Assembly (NCBI GenBank): GCA_038230375.1
Contig: JBBRNJ010000045.1
Coordinates: forward strand, 1 to 64,000
Direction: 5' to 3'
Length of the DNA stretch: 64,000 bases
Origin: Polyangiales bacterium
Lineage (GTDB): Bacteria > Myxococcota_A > Polyangia > Polyangiales > Polyangiaceae
The notes beneath the pieces are model-generated. The model did not search any database. It was not told the origin of the DNA and saw only the letters and a list, made by a program, of their open reading frames with translations. This document shows positions 43,070 through 52,152 of the stretch, piece by piece (position 1 is the stretch's first letter; each line of letters opens with the position of its first letter). A program made the position numbers and the translations under genes.

Positions 43070-44877
43070 TAGTTCCCGTACGGATTGTTGGGATCGATCT
43101 TGTGGATGGGCGCGGTTCCGCCCTGGGGGCTGATGTCGCCGGGCTTCGCCGTGCCTGGCTGCGGCGGCGTGGCGGCGGTGGTCGATGGGGCGCCCGCGCC
43201 CGACGGCGTTGCAGCGGTCTTCGGCGTGGGCGGTGGCACGACCGCCGGAACCGGGAAGCCCACAGCGACGGGCGCCGACTTGTCGAGCGAGAGCGAGATC
43301 TGGGTGTTCGATTCGAAGTCCGAGTCTTGCGTCTTCGGCGCATAGCCGGGGGCGGTGGCGGTGATCTTGTGCTTGCCGCCCTTCTTGTGTTTCGCGGTGT
43401 AGGGGTTTCCGGTGAGCTGCGCGCCATCCAGGAAGATGGTCGCGTTTGGAGGCGCCACGACGATGGTGAGATCGATCGCGTCGACCTGTCCATACTTCGT
43501 CTGCCAGAGATCGCTGCCGGGAACGTCGGTCGGGATCGGCGCGGCGGTCTGTGTTGGCAGCGCGGCCACCGTCGGCTGATCGCGAGGACGCAGGGCAACG
43601 GCCGTGGCCCCGATGGCGATGATCGCGGCAACGCCGCCAAGGATCCACGGCAGCCGGCTCGGCGGCGGCGGACGGATCATCAGCTGCGGAACCTCGGCGC
43701 CCATCGGCGTGCCAGCGGACGGCGTGACGGTGATGCTGCTCACGCTGCTGATGCTGGGCACGCTGTGAGGACCCGATGTCGCGGCGTTCAGTCGCCCGGA
43801 GGAGCTGGCGTCGAGCGCGGGCTTGGAGCTCACGCTCGAGATGCTCGCCTCGCTACCCGCCGCCTTGAAGTCGAGCTTCGGCAGCTCGATGTGCGCGGAG
43901 CTTCCCTTGGCCACGTGCCCCTCGACCACCTTGCGGAGCTTCTCGCGCTCTTCGGCGAACGCCTCCATCATGCGCGTGCCCAGGTCGGTGAGCGACTCGT
44001 CGTTGGGCGAGCGAAGCAGGTACTGCTCGATCTGCTGGCGGAACTCGTGCGCGGTCGCGTAGCGCTGCTCGGGATCGGCGGCAGTCGCCTTCGCGACCAT
44101 CGCCCGCAGCTCGGGCGCCTCGACCGACTCGGGCAACGCAGGGATCTTCCGCTCGACGAGCGCCCGCAGGATCTCGAGCTCGGGCGCCGGTCCCCACATG
44201 CGCTTGCCCGCGAGGAGCTCCCAGAGCATGACGCCAACGGAGAAGACGTCCGCGCGCCGGTCGATCGAGGTTCCGCCGATGTGCTCGGGGGACATGTACG
44301 CGACGCGACCCTTCAGCGTGCCGGCCTGCGTCTCCTGCAGACGATTGCGCGCCTTCGCGACGCCGAAGTCGACGATCTTCACCTGACCATCGAATGTCAG
44401 AAACACATTCTGCGGGCATACGTCGCGGTGGACGATGCCGAGGCCGCTGCCATCGAAGTCGGCAAGTTCGTGCGCATAGTGGAGGCCTGCGAGGGTCTCC
44501 GTGAAGACGCGGAGCTGCGTGTTGGTCGTCACCGGCTTGGTCTTCTCGAACACCTTCACGACGCGGTTCAGCGCACGACCTTCGAGATAGTCCATCGCGA
44601 TGAAGTAGCGACCGTCCGCCATGCCGACCTCGTTGGTCTGCACGATGTTCCGATGATTGAGCCGCGCTGTGAGACGTGCTTCATCCAGAAACATTTCGCG
44701 GAAGCTCTCTTCGTGCGCGAGCTCCGGCTTCAGCTCCTTCACGACGACGAGCTTGTTGAAGCCCCCGAGCCCGCCACCAGGGCGCGCGAGGTACAGGATG
44801 CCCATGCCGCCACGGGCGATCTCGGCGATCAGCTCGTACTTGCCGAGCTGAGACGAACTTGAAGCAGGATCGGTCAC
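43069..44877 (-). CDS. Membrane Ser/Thr kinase with extracytoplasmic PEGA-like domain
   Basis: ARGGMG, HRDVCPQN, DFG, YMSPE, TM, PPNATIFLDG. Confidence 0.92.
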   Translation of the reverse strand: MTDPASSSSQLGKYELIAEIARGGMGILYLARPGGGLGGFNKLVVVKELKPELAHEESFREMFLDEARLTARLNHRNIVQTNEVGMADGRYFIAMDYLEGRALNRVVKVFEKTKPVTTNTQLRVFTETLAGLHYAHELADFDGSGLGIVHRDVCPQNVFLTFDGQVKIVDFGVAKARNRLQETQAGTLKGRVAYMSPEHIGGTSIDRRADVFSVGVMLWELLAGKRMWGPAPELEILRALVERKIPALPESVEAPELRAMVAKATAADPEQRYATAHEFRQQIEQYLLRSPNDESLTDLGTRMMEAFAEEREKLRKVVEGHVAKGSSAHIELPKLDFKAAGSEASISSVSSKPALDASSSGRLNAATSGPHSVPSISSVSSITVTPSAGTPMGAEVPQLMIRPPPPSRLPWILGGVAAIIAIGATAVALRPRDQPTVAALPTQTAAPIPTDVPGSDLWQTKYGQVDAIDLTIVVAPPNATIFLDGAQLTGNPYTAKHKKGGKHKITATAPGYAPKTQDSDFESNTQISLSLDKSAPVAVGFPVPAVVPPPTPKTAATPSGAGAPSTTAATPPQPGTAKPGDISPQGGTAPIHKIDPNNPYGN

Positions 44878-44976
44878 GTTGCGATCAAGTGTAGATGACC
44901 AAAACGAACATGGTCCAGTCTTGGGCAATGATTCCACAAGAGCCACATGTGGTCGCAGCTACTGCGTTCTGTCCGT

Positions 44977-45828
44977 TCAGGCGGGGCGTGTAGGTTCGCC
45001 CACTCCTCGTTGAGAGCGCGGCTGTCCGCCATCCACATCCGTGAAGCCGTATTCCTGCGCAAGCTCTGCAACCACGAGGACCTTGCCGGACTTATGGATG
45101 CGCAGTGCATCTGTGTAGAGCGCAACCACAGCGCGCCCGGAGAACTGCGCGCTCTCCGCCTGCGAGAGGTCGAATGGAGAGCCCGCGGTGCTCGCCTCCA
45201 TCGCCACGAGCCGCTCCGTACGCACGATGCCCGGCCACAGCGACACCGACGTCACGTTGAACGGCCGAAGGTCGTGCGCCATGTCGCGCGCCAGCCTGTC
45301 AACGCCCGCCTTGCCCACGCCATACGCGACGTTCACCGCATATCGCTTCCCGCCGAAGCTCGACACGTTGACGATGAGTCCGTCCTTCGCGCTCACCATC
45401 CGCTTCGCCGCGAACACGCTCGCGACGTAGTGAGAGCGGAGCCCGACGTCGTGCATCGTGTCCCAGAACTCGATCGGCTGTTCCCAGAACGACGTGTTGA
45501 ACAGGGGGCCGTCGGGGATCGCGAAGACGTTGTTGACCAGGATGTCGATGCGACCGCGCTCGCGATCGATGCGCTCGAACACCGCGGCCACCTCTTCGTC
45601 GTGACGGTGGTCGCACGTGACGGCGACGCCTTCGCCCCCGAGCGCGCTCACGAGCGTCGCAGTCTCCTCCGCGGTGCCTGGTAGCGGCGCGCGCGTCTGT
45701 GCTCCGCGCGCCGTGACGTAGACAGTGGCGCCGGCCTCACCGAGCCCAAGCGCGATCCCCTTGCCCACCCCGCGGCTGGCTCCGGTGACCAGCGCGACCT
45801 TCCCCAGAAGCGGCTTCCCGTCGGTCAT
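44977..45828 (-). CDS. SDR oxidoreductase (DHRS1-like)
   Basis: TGASRGVG, LVNN, SS, YGVGK, WPGIVRTE. Confidence 0.92.
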   Translation of the reverse strand: MTDGKPLLGKVALVTGASRGVGKGIALGLGEAGATVYVTARGAQTRAPLPGTAEETATLVSALGGEGVAVTCDHRHDEEVAAVFERIDRERGRIDILVNNVFAIPDGPLFNTSFWEQPIEFWDTMHDVGLRSHYVASVFAAKRMVSAKDGLIVNVSSFGGKRYAVNVAYGVGKAGVDRLARDMAHDLRPFNVTSVSLWPGIVRTERLVAMEASTAGSPFDLSQAESAQFSGRAVVALYTDALRIHKSGKVLVVAELAQEYGFTDVDGGQPRSQRGVGEPTRPA

Positions 45829-45982
45829 CCATCCAGTCTACCGAGATCGACTACGGGGGTGTGGGGCCCCCGGCAACACGCGAAGATTTCGGAAGAATCG
45901 TCAGGTTCCTTGAATCCAGGATCGCCCGGACGACGAACAGAACCTGGACAGACGCAGAACCTTCGTCAAGAAAGGACCCCTC

Positions 45983-47647
45983 ATGCGGATTCTCCTCGTC
46001 ATGCCCACGCCCTTCGAGAACGGGCGGCTCGGGCTCGAAAACGTTGCGTGGATGTCGGAGCCCGTTGCCCTGACCGCTGTCGGGGCGGCCGTTCCGGAGC
46101 ACGACGTGCGCATCCTGGACATGCGCCTGGAGGACGAAGGCACGCTCGCGAAGACGCTCGTGTCGTTTGCGCCGGACGTCGTGGGCACCACGAGCATGAC
46201 CACGGACGCGTACCAGGCGAAGGCCGTGCTGCGTGCTGCGCGTTGTATTCGCCCCGAGGCGCTCACGGTCGTCGGCGGGCACCACCCCACGCTTTCGCCA
46301 GACGAGTTCGACGAGCCGTATGTCGACGTGATCGTGCAGGGCGAAGGCGAGCTCACGTTCCGCGAGCTGTGCACCGCGTGGGACAAGCAACGCGCCGCGG
46401 GCGACCGCACGTTCGCGGACGTCCACGGCCTTCGCTTCCGCGATGCGAGCGGCGCGCTCAGGACCACGCCGAAGCGCGAGCAGACGCAGAACCTGGACGA
46501 GCTTCCCGTCCCCGATCGCAACCTGATCAAGAAGTACCAGGGCCGCTACTTCTTCACGGGCATCCGCCCCATGGCGAGCATCTTCACCAGCCGCGGGTGC
46601 TCGTTCGACTGTAATTTCTGCGCCATCTGGGAGTTCTACGAGCGCCGCACGCGCTTCCTCTCCGCGAAGAAGATCGTGGATCAGATGGAGGCGTGCTGGG
46701 AGGACTTCGTGTTCGTCCTGGACGACAACTTCCTCACGAACAAGAAGCGCGCGCTGGAGCTGTGCGACGAGCTGGAGCGCCGCGGCGTCAAGAAGTACTG
46801 GATGACCCAGGGCCGCACGGACTTCGCGGCGGATCATCCCGACGTCATCGCGCGCCTCGCGAAGAACGGCCTGGTGATGGTGCTCTCTGGCTTCGAGTCG
46901 AACAGCGACGACAACCTGAAGGCGCTGCGCAAGCGCAACTCCTGGCAGAAGAACGTTCGCGCCAACGAGATCATGGCGGAGAACGGCATCTTCTTCACGG
47001 GCATCTTCATGGTGCGACCGGACTGGACCCACGAGCAGTTCGAGCAGCTCTACGAGTACGTGCGCAGCCTCACCATCGGCATGCCGCTGTTCACCATCCT
47101 CACGCCGCTGCCCGGCACGCAGCTCTACAAGGCCTACAAGGACAAGCTGCTCACGACCGACCACCGGCTCTTCGACCTGCTCCACGCGGTCCTACCCACG
47201 CGCCTTCCACGCGACGAGTTCTACAAGGAGTTCGCGCGCGCCTACCGTGCCACGGACAACACCGCGCGCGCCGCGTTCAAGGTGATGATCAAGCGGCGCC
47301 CGGATTTCGTGCGCAAGATCCTGCCGGGCATGATCTGGTTCTTTTCGCGCACGTGGCGCTACCAGAAGATCTCCGACGACTACACAACGTTCCTGCGCGA
47401 CGAGGCGGGTCTCCTGAATGGCCCCGGCGCGAAGGCCCGGCTCACGTGGCAGGACGTCACGTATCCCAGCGGCGAAGAAGAGAAGGTCGAGAAGAAGCCG
47501 GACGCCAGCGGCAAGCTCGTCAAGCTGCGCGTCCCACGTCGCATCTGGGCAGACGAGATGAGCGCGGCGGTGAAGCACGACGCAGGAGATCACGCTGGCG
47601 CAAGACGCATGCTCGAGGACGCGAGCATGGGGGCGGGAGGCGAATAG
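45983..47647 (+). CDS. B12-binding radical SAM enzyme (HpnR-related clade)
   Basis: PDVVG, VVGGHHPT, GEGE, SRGCSFDCNFC, DDNF, TPLPGT, RLFDLLHAVLPTRLP. Confidence 0.9.
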   Translation: MRILLVMPTPFENGRLGLENVAWMSEPVALTAVGAAVPEHDVRILDMRLEDEGTLAKTLVSFAPDVVGTTSMTTDAYQAKAVLRAARCIRPEALTVVGGHHPTLSPDEFDEPYVDVIVQGEGELTFRELCTAWDKQRAAGDRTFADVHGLRFRDASGALRTTPKREQTQNLDELPVPDRNLIKKYQGRYFFTGIRPMASIFTSRGCSFDCNFCAIWEFYERRTRFLSAKKIVDQMEACWEDFVFVLDDNFLTNKKRALELCDELERRGVKKYWMTQGRTDFAADHPDVIARLAKNGLVMVLSGFESNSDDNLKALRKRNSWQKNVRANEIMAENGIFFTGIFMVRPDWTHEQFEQLYEYVRSLTIGMPLFTILTPLPGTQLYKAYKDKLLTTDHRLFDLLHAVLPTRLPRDEFYKEFARAYRATDNTARAAFKVMIKRRPDFVRKILPGMIWFFSRTWRYQKISDDYTTFLRDEAGLLNGPGAKARLTWQDVTYPSGEEEKVEKKPDASGKLVKLRVPRRIWADEMSAAVKHDAGDHAGARRMLEDASMGAGGE

Positions 47648-48510
47648 TGCATTCTACACGCGATTTTCTCGCGGAGCTGCGCCGCGAGATCGAGGCACAC
47701 CCCGGCGTGAACCACATGTTCCTGAACCGGTGCGCCACGTCACCGTTCTCGCGCGAGGACTACAAGGTCTTCGGCGAGAATCACTTCCCGTTGGTCTGCG
47801 TGTTCACCAGCTACCTGGAGCGCCTGCTCGTGCGCGCCCCCACCAGTGAAGCAAAGCTCTGGCTCGCCAAGGTGCTCGTGGACGAATACGGCGAGGGCTC
47901 GAACGGCGAGGATCACACCACGCTGTATGCTCACTTCATGCGCGCGTGCGGAAGTGTGGTGCCCGATCGTCGCAGCGAAGAGCGCGTCCCTGCCGCTGCG
48001 CTCGCATTCATCCGGGAGCACCGGCGCATCGTGATGGAAGAGCCGTTCCTGGTGGGCCTGGGCGCCGTCGGCCCCGGCCACGAGTGGGCGATCCCGAAGA
48101 TGTTCGACGCGGTCATCCCCGGGCTCTTCCGCGCAGGCTTCTCGCGCGAGGAGATCAACTACTTTCTTCTTCATGTGGAGCAGGACGTGGACCACGGCGC
48201 GTGGCTCGAGGAGGCGCTCGCGCAGTTCGGCACCACCACGCAGGCACGCGCGCAGATCCGCCGCGGCGCTCTGCTCTCGCTCGACGCGCGCCAGGCATTC
48301 TGGAGCGGAGTGCAGAGCGCCGTCGTTCGCTACCGGCAGCCGCGCGCGATCCGCCAGGACGGGGAGAAGCCGCGGCCGCTGATGAAGGAGGTCCTGCTCA
48401 CCACGTGGGACGGCTTCCGCTTCGGACGCCGCATCGAGGCACGCTACGACGACCTCATGACGCGCCGTCGCCCCACGCTCACCGAGCTCGTCGAAGAAGG
48501 ACGCCGCTAG
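47647..48510 (+). CDS. Heme-oxygenase-like diiron oxidase (CADD/UndA/BesC superfamily)
   Basis: DEYGEGSNGEDH, GHE, YFLLHVEQDVDH; GTG overlaps the upstream TAG. Confidence 0.8.
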   Translation: MHSTRDFLAELRREIEAHPGVNHMFLNRCATSPFSREDYKVFGENHFPLVCVFTSYLERLLVRAPTSEAKLWLAKVLVDEYGEGSNGEDHTTLYAHFMRACGSVVPDRRSEERVPAAALAFIREHRRIVMEEPFLVGLGAVGPGHEWAIPKMFDAVIPGLFRAGFSREEINYFLLHVEQDVDHGAWLEEALAQFGTTTQARAQIRRGALLSLDARQAFWSGVQSAVVRYRQPRAIRQDGEKPRPLMKEVLLTTWDGFRFGRRIEARYDDLMTRRRPTLTELVEEGRR

Positions 48511-48512
48511 CC

Positions 48513-49448
48513 TTGCCGAAGAGCCTGCGGCAGCGATTGCTCACCCGGCGAAAGCTGCTCGCGGGCGGCTTGTTTCTCGGCGCGAGCGCGCTGGAGTTCG
48601 AGTCACTGACGGGGAGCTGGGATCACCGGCGCGTGATCAAGCTGCTCCACCAGGAGACGTTTGCGGAGAGCATGAAGCGGCTGCTCTTGCCGGAGAACGC
48701 GGGCAAGGGCGCCGTGGTGCACGTGGGTCACTCGACGCATCTCGTGGTGGTGGCCGGCGTGCGGTTCCTCACCGACCCGTGGTTCCACGATCCCGCGTTC
48801 GGCTCCATGGCGCACGAGCACCCGCTGCCTGCGATGCCTGCGGAGATCACGCCCCTCGACGCGATCCTGGTGTCGCACGATCACCCGGATCATGTGGACA
48901 TGGATGCGCTCGCCACCTTGCCCGACGCGGCGACGTGCATCGTCGCGACCAGAGAGCTCGCGGAGAAGGCGAAGAAGGCGGGCCGCAAGGAGACGCACGT
49001 GCTCGCACCGTGGGAGTCGATCGTGGTGCGCGGCGTGACGGTGACGGCGGTGCCTGCGCTGCACGACATCTACGAGATCGGCTTCGTGATGCAGGGCGGC
49101 GGCACATCCGTGTACTTTGCAGGTGATACGCGGCTGCACCCATCCTTGCCGGAGATCTATGAGCGCTTCGCGCCGCAGGCGTCCATCCTGCCCGTGGACG
49201 GCACGCGCATTCGCGGCGGTGACCTTCACGTGATGCGCCCCGAGCACGCCGTCACGGCGGCGCGCACGCTGGGCTCACGCGTGGTGCTGCCGTCGCACGC
49301 GGAGGGCGTGCTCTACGACCCGCTCGCGAAGTACGTCATCTCGGAGAACATCGACGGCGCGGGCCCCATCTTTCGCGATCTGATGAAGGCCGCGCTTCCT
49401 CTGGTCCGCTGCGAGGTCCCGCTCCCCGGCGACCTGGTCTTCATCTAG
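48513..49448 (+). CDS. MBL-fold metallo-hydrolase, possible Tat substrate
   Basis: GHST, LTDPW, SHDHPDHVD, FAGDT; LTRRKLL; TTG start inferred. Confidence 0.82.
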   Translation: MPKSLRQRLLTRRKLLAGGLFLGASALEFESLTGSWDHRRVIKLLHQETFAESMKRLLLPENAGKGAVVHVGHSTHLVVVAGVRFLTDPWFHDPAFGSMAHEHPLPAMPAEITPLDAILVSHDHPDHVDMDALATLPDAATCIVATRELAEKAKKAGRKETHVLAPWESIVVRGVTVTAVPALHDIYEIGFVMQGGGTSVYFAGDTRLHPSLPEIYERFAPQASILPVDGTRIRGGDLHVMRPEHAVTAARTLGSRVVLPSHAEGVLYDPLAKYVISENIDGAGPIFRDLMKAALPLVRCEVPLPGDLVFI

Positions 49449-49451
49449 GTC

Positions 49452-50267
49452 TCAGTGCTCCGAGTCCTCGAGATGCTTCAGCACGCTCATGTCGAGCTGG
49501 CTTGCGACCAGCGCGAAGAGGCTCGCGGCGTGGGGGGAATCTGCGCCGAGCTCCGCGCGGATGCGGGCCTCCACGCGGCGCACCACGTTCTCCTTCGCCT
49601 CGGTCACGCGGCGCGCTGCGGAGGCGCGGCTCATGTGCAGCACGCGCCCGAGCTCTTCGTGCGTGAGCTGGTCGATGAAGTAGAGACGGAAGATGGTGCG
49701 CTCCTCCGGCGGGAGCGCCGCCAGCACCTCCGCGAACGCGCGCTTGAACACGTCCGCGGAGCGCTCCTTCAGCAGCGCAAGCTCCGGATCGTTGGCGCTT
49801 GCGGCGCGATCCGCCTCCTCCGCGCCCGTCTCGCGCTTCCTGCCACGGAGCAACGTCTGCGCCTCACGCACGGCGGCCACGCGCAGCCACGCGCCGAGAG
49901 GTCCACGACCCGTGTATCCTGCAAGCTTTCCATCGGGACCAGAGAGCTTCTCGGACACGCGCTGTCGCACCTCGTCTGCGAACGCAGGCGAACTCTCGAG
50001 CTTTCCGATGTAGCCCGGGATCTGCGACAGGAAGCTGCGCCCGAGCTCGCGCCACGCATCCGCATCGCCCACCGAGCAGGCGAACGCGAGGAACAGATCA
50101 TCTACATGCAATGCCAGGAGCACGGCGGCTGCAGTGGCCGCGTCCGTGGTCGTGGCGTCCAGCTGCGCGCGAAGATGCGCGGCGAACGCGTCCACGGGCA
50201 CGAGCACCTGCGGATGGGCCGCGGCCGCGCGCTGGGCAAGCGAGAGGATCGAGCCGTCGATCGACAC
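49452..50267 (-). CDS. ECF-type sigma-70 factor, Myxococcales family
   Basis: DLFLAFAC..GD..A, DEVRQ, YTGRGPLGAWLRVAAVR, DPELALLK, region 4 LTHEELGRVLHMSRASAARRV. Confidence 0.85.
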   Translation of the reverse strand: MSIDGSILSLAQRAAAAHPQVLVPVDAFAAHLRAQLDATTTDAATAAAVLLALHVDDLFLAFACSVGDADAWRELGRSFLSQIPGYIGKLESSPAFADEVRQRVSEKLSGPDGKLAGYTGRGPLGAWLRVAAVREAQTLLRGRKRETGAEEADRAASANDPELALLKERSADVFKRAFAEVLAALPPEERTIFRLYFIDQLTHEELGRVLHMSRASAARRVTEAKENVVRRVEARIRAELGADSPHAASLFALVASQLDMSVLKHLEDSEH

Positions 50268-50281
50268 GCTGCAACTCTACG

Positions 50282-50779
50282 TCATTGGACGGAGAGCTTG
50301 TAGGTGTCAAAGGTGGTGGTGGTGATCGCGATGCTGAGCGTGTCCTTGGCCGCCGCTTCGAGATCCTTTGTCGTGTCACCAGGGCCCATGGTGAAGTTCA
50401 CCTTCGTGCCGGTCACGCTCAAGGTGGCCGTGCTTGACGCAAACTCGATCGTGATGCACCCGTCCAGCGGCGCCAGAATCGTGAACTTCTCCGTCTCATT
50501 GATGCTGACGGCACCACAAACCGCGTCGCCCGGAATGAGAGTGGCGCCCGTGCCTTGCTCGATCTTTTTTCCGTTCACGACGCCGCTTGGCGCAGCCGGG
50601 CACTTACCTGCGCCGCTCGTGCCAGACAGCGTGATGCTGCACGTGTCGGCGGTGGGGCCGCTGCTGCCGCCATCTGCGTCGTCCCGTGTGAGTGAGCCCG
50701 TATCGCGGAACAGCAGGCAGCCGCCGGTAGGTACGAGGACGAGCACCAGAAGACATGCGGCGGGCAACGAGCGGGTCAT
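50282..50779 (-). CDS. Hypothetical lipoprotein
   Basis: Lipobox TGGC; ATGA overlap with the upstream gene. Confidence 0.65.
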   Translation of the reverse strand: MTRSLPAACLLVLVLVPTGGCLLFRDTGSLTRDDADGGSSGPTADTCSITLSGTSGAGKCPAAPSGVVNGKKIEQGTGATLIPGDAVCGAVSINETEKFTILAPLDGCITIEFASSTATLSVTGTKVNFTMGPGDTTKDLEAAAKDTLSIAITTTTFDTYKLSVQ

Positions 50780-51543
50780 CGTGTCTCCCGCGGACCGAAG
50801 AGGTAGATCGCAGCCGCGCCCACCGCGAACGCGATGCCTGTGACCAGACCGATGTCGCCGACCTGGTAGCGCGTGTGCACGTCGTCCACGCGGCGCGGAT
50901 CGCAGCGCGTTCCGCACGTGCTCTTCAGGTGATTGAAGTCCGACTCCGCGGTGCCGCCCGCGACGCCGAAGATCACGAGCCCTGCGACCGCGAGCCCCGC
51001 GCTCGCCCCTGTGAGGCCCCACGAGAGGGTCGTCGGGTGAGGGGACGCCTCCACGCTCCGCGGAGACTCACCGGCAAGGGAGAACAGCCGCAGATCGATC
51101 ACCGTGGTCGTGGAAGCGACTAGCGTGACTTGCTTCTTCGCGGAGGCATAGCCAGGCTTCGCCGCCTCGACGTCGTGCGGCCCTGGGTCCAGCGGGTGCG
51201 CGCGCTGCTCCTGCGCAAGCACCACGCCGTCCACGCTGATCGTCGCGTCGGTGAGCTGGCGGCCATGAACGTCCAGGATGACGAACGTCACCTTCGGCAT
51301 CACCGCTTCCACATCGGCCAGCCAGTGCGCGCAGTCACGACGCACGACCACCGGACACTCCTCGCGCGCGCACTCCGCGAGGTTCGTGCGGGCCGCTTGC
51401 AGCCGCCCTGCGGCGCGGTCGGTCTGTCCGCGCTCTGCGAGGTCGATGCACTGATCCGTCGAACGCTCGGCAGCATGGGCGTCTCGCGACCATGCGCCGA
51501 GGATCATCGACGCGAGCAACAGGACGTGAGGGCGACGCGGCAT
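50776..51543 (-). CDS. Secreted PEGA-domain protein
   Basis: Signal ending AHA; CAREECPVVVRRDC; VDGV...LDPGPHDVEA..PGY; C-terminal hydrophobic hairpin. Confidence 0.78.
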   Translation of the reverse strand: MPRRPHVLLLASMILGAWSRDAHAAERSTDQCIDLAERGQTDRAAGRLQAARTNLAECAREECPVVVRRDCAHWLADVEAVMPKVTFVILDVHGRQLTDATISVDGVVLAQEQRAHPLDPGPHDVEAAKPGYASAKKQVTLVASTTTVIDLRLFSLAGESPRSVEASPHPTTLSWGLTGASAGLAVAGLVIFGVAGGTAESDFNHLKSTCGTRCDPRRVDDVHTRYQVGDIGLVTGIAFAVGAAAIYLFGPRETR

Positions 51544-51595
51544 GCTCGGATCGGCTCCGATCATAAGAGTGTTGCCGCACCCTGTCGACGATCGC

Positions 51596-52015
51596 TCACT
51601 TACCGCCCACGCTCTTCCCTGCGTCGGGATCGCTGCCGCCCTTGCCGCCCGGATCGCTCCCGCCCTTTCCGCTCGGATCGCTGCCGGGATCGCTCCCGCC
51701 CTTTCCGCCCGGATCGCTGCCGGGATCGCTCCCGCCCTTTCCGCCCGGATCGCTGCCGGGATCGCTCCCGCCCTTGCCGCTTGGATCGCTGCCACCCTTG
51801 TCCGCGCCGCCGTCGGGGTCGTCGCATCCGTCCTTCCCACTGGCCGAGCAGTCGCCGTTGTCGTCACCCTTGCCGCTCCCGTTGCTGCCGTCGTCGCCCT
51901 TGCTGGACCCTGCCTTCGAAAGGTCGGACGAGGTGCCAGTCGGCGTTGGCGGAGCATTGACCGTGCATGCAACGAGTGAGACACAGGCGAACAGCACGAT
52001 CGAGATCGTCTTCAT
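51596..52015 (-). CDS. Small Gly/Ser/Asp-rich repetitive lipoprotein
   Basis: GGAGGTG SD; lipobox LVAC; GGSDPGSDPGGK repeats. Confidence 0.75.
   Translation of the reverse strand: MKTISIVLFACVSLVACTVNAPPTPTGTSSDLSKAGSSKGDDGSNGSGKGDDNGDCSASGKDGCDDPDGGADKGGSDPSGKGGSDPGSDPGGKGGSDPGSDPGGKGGSDPGSDPSGKGGSDPGGKGGSDPDAGKSVGGK
51625..51800 (-). repeat. Nested 36/24/12-bp coding repeats (GGSDP[GSDP]xGK)
   Basis: ggatcgctgccgggatcgctcccgccctttccgccc-type units; boundaries approximate. Confidence 0.85.
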
Positions 52016-52081
52016 GGGAACACCTCCACGGTTCGGGCACACCACCTTGGCGACCCGGGGCCTCTCGGCACCTTCACTTCC

Positions 52082-52110
52082 CTGACGCGGTGACCGCGCG
52101 CACTTCTCAG
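52082..52110 (-). promoter_or_regulatory. Putative ECF promoter CTGAGAAG-N14-GCGTCAG (copy 1)
   Basis: Same boxes and spacing as 53855-53883; CGTC is a common ECF -10 core. Confidence 0.7.
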
Positions 52111-52152
52111 GAAAAAGAGAGCCGGCGCGCGCTTTTCACGAAGTGGCTTGTT

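Noticed and set aside
45932..45967. CAGAACCT direct repeats or a cobalamin riboswitch upstream of the radical SAM gene
   Set aside because: Short repeats that could be chance; no B12-box recognisable in the short spacer
45983..47647. Naming the gene hpnR, or calling it a RiPP maturase
   Set aside because: Similarity is at family level only; no hopanoid genes, SPASM motif or precursor peptide nearby
47647..48510. PqqC or TenA
   Set aside because: No pqq or thiamine genes nearby; the metal-ligand pattern fits diiron HDO enzymes better
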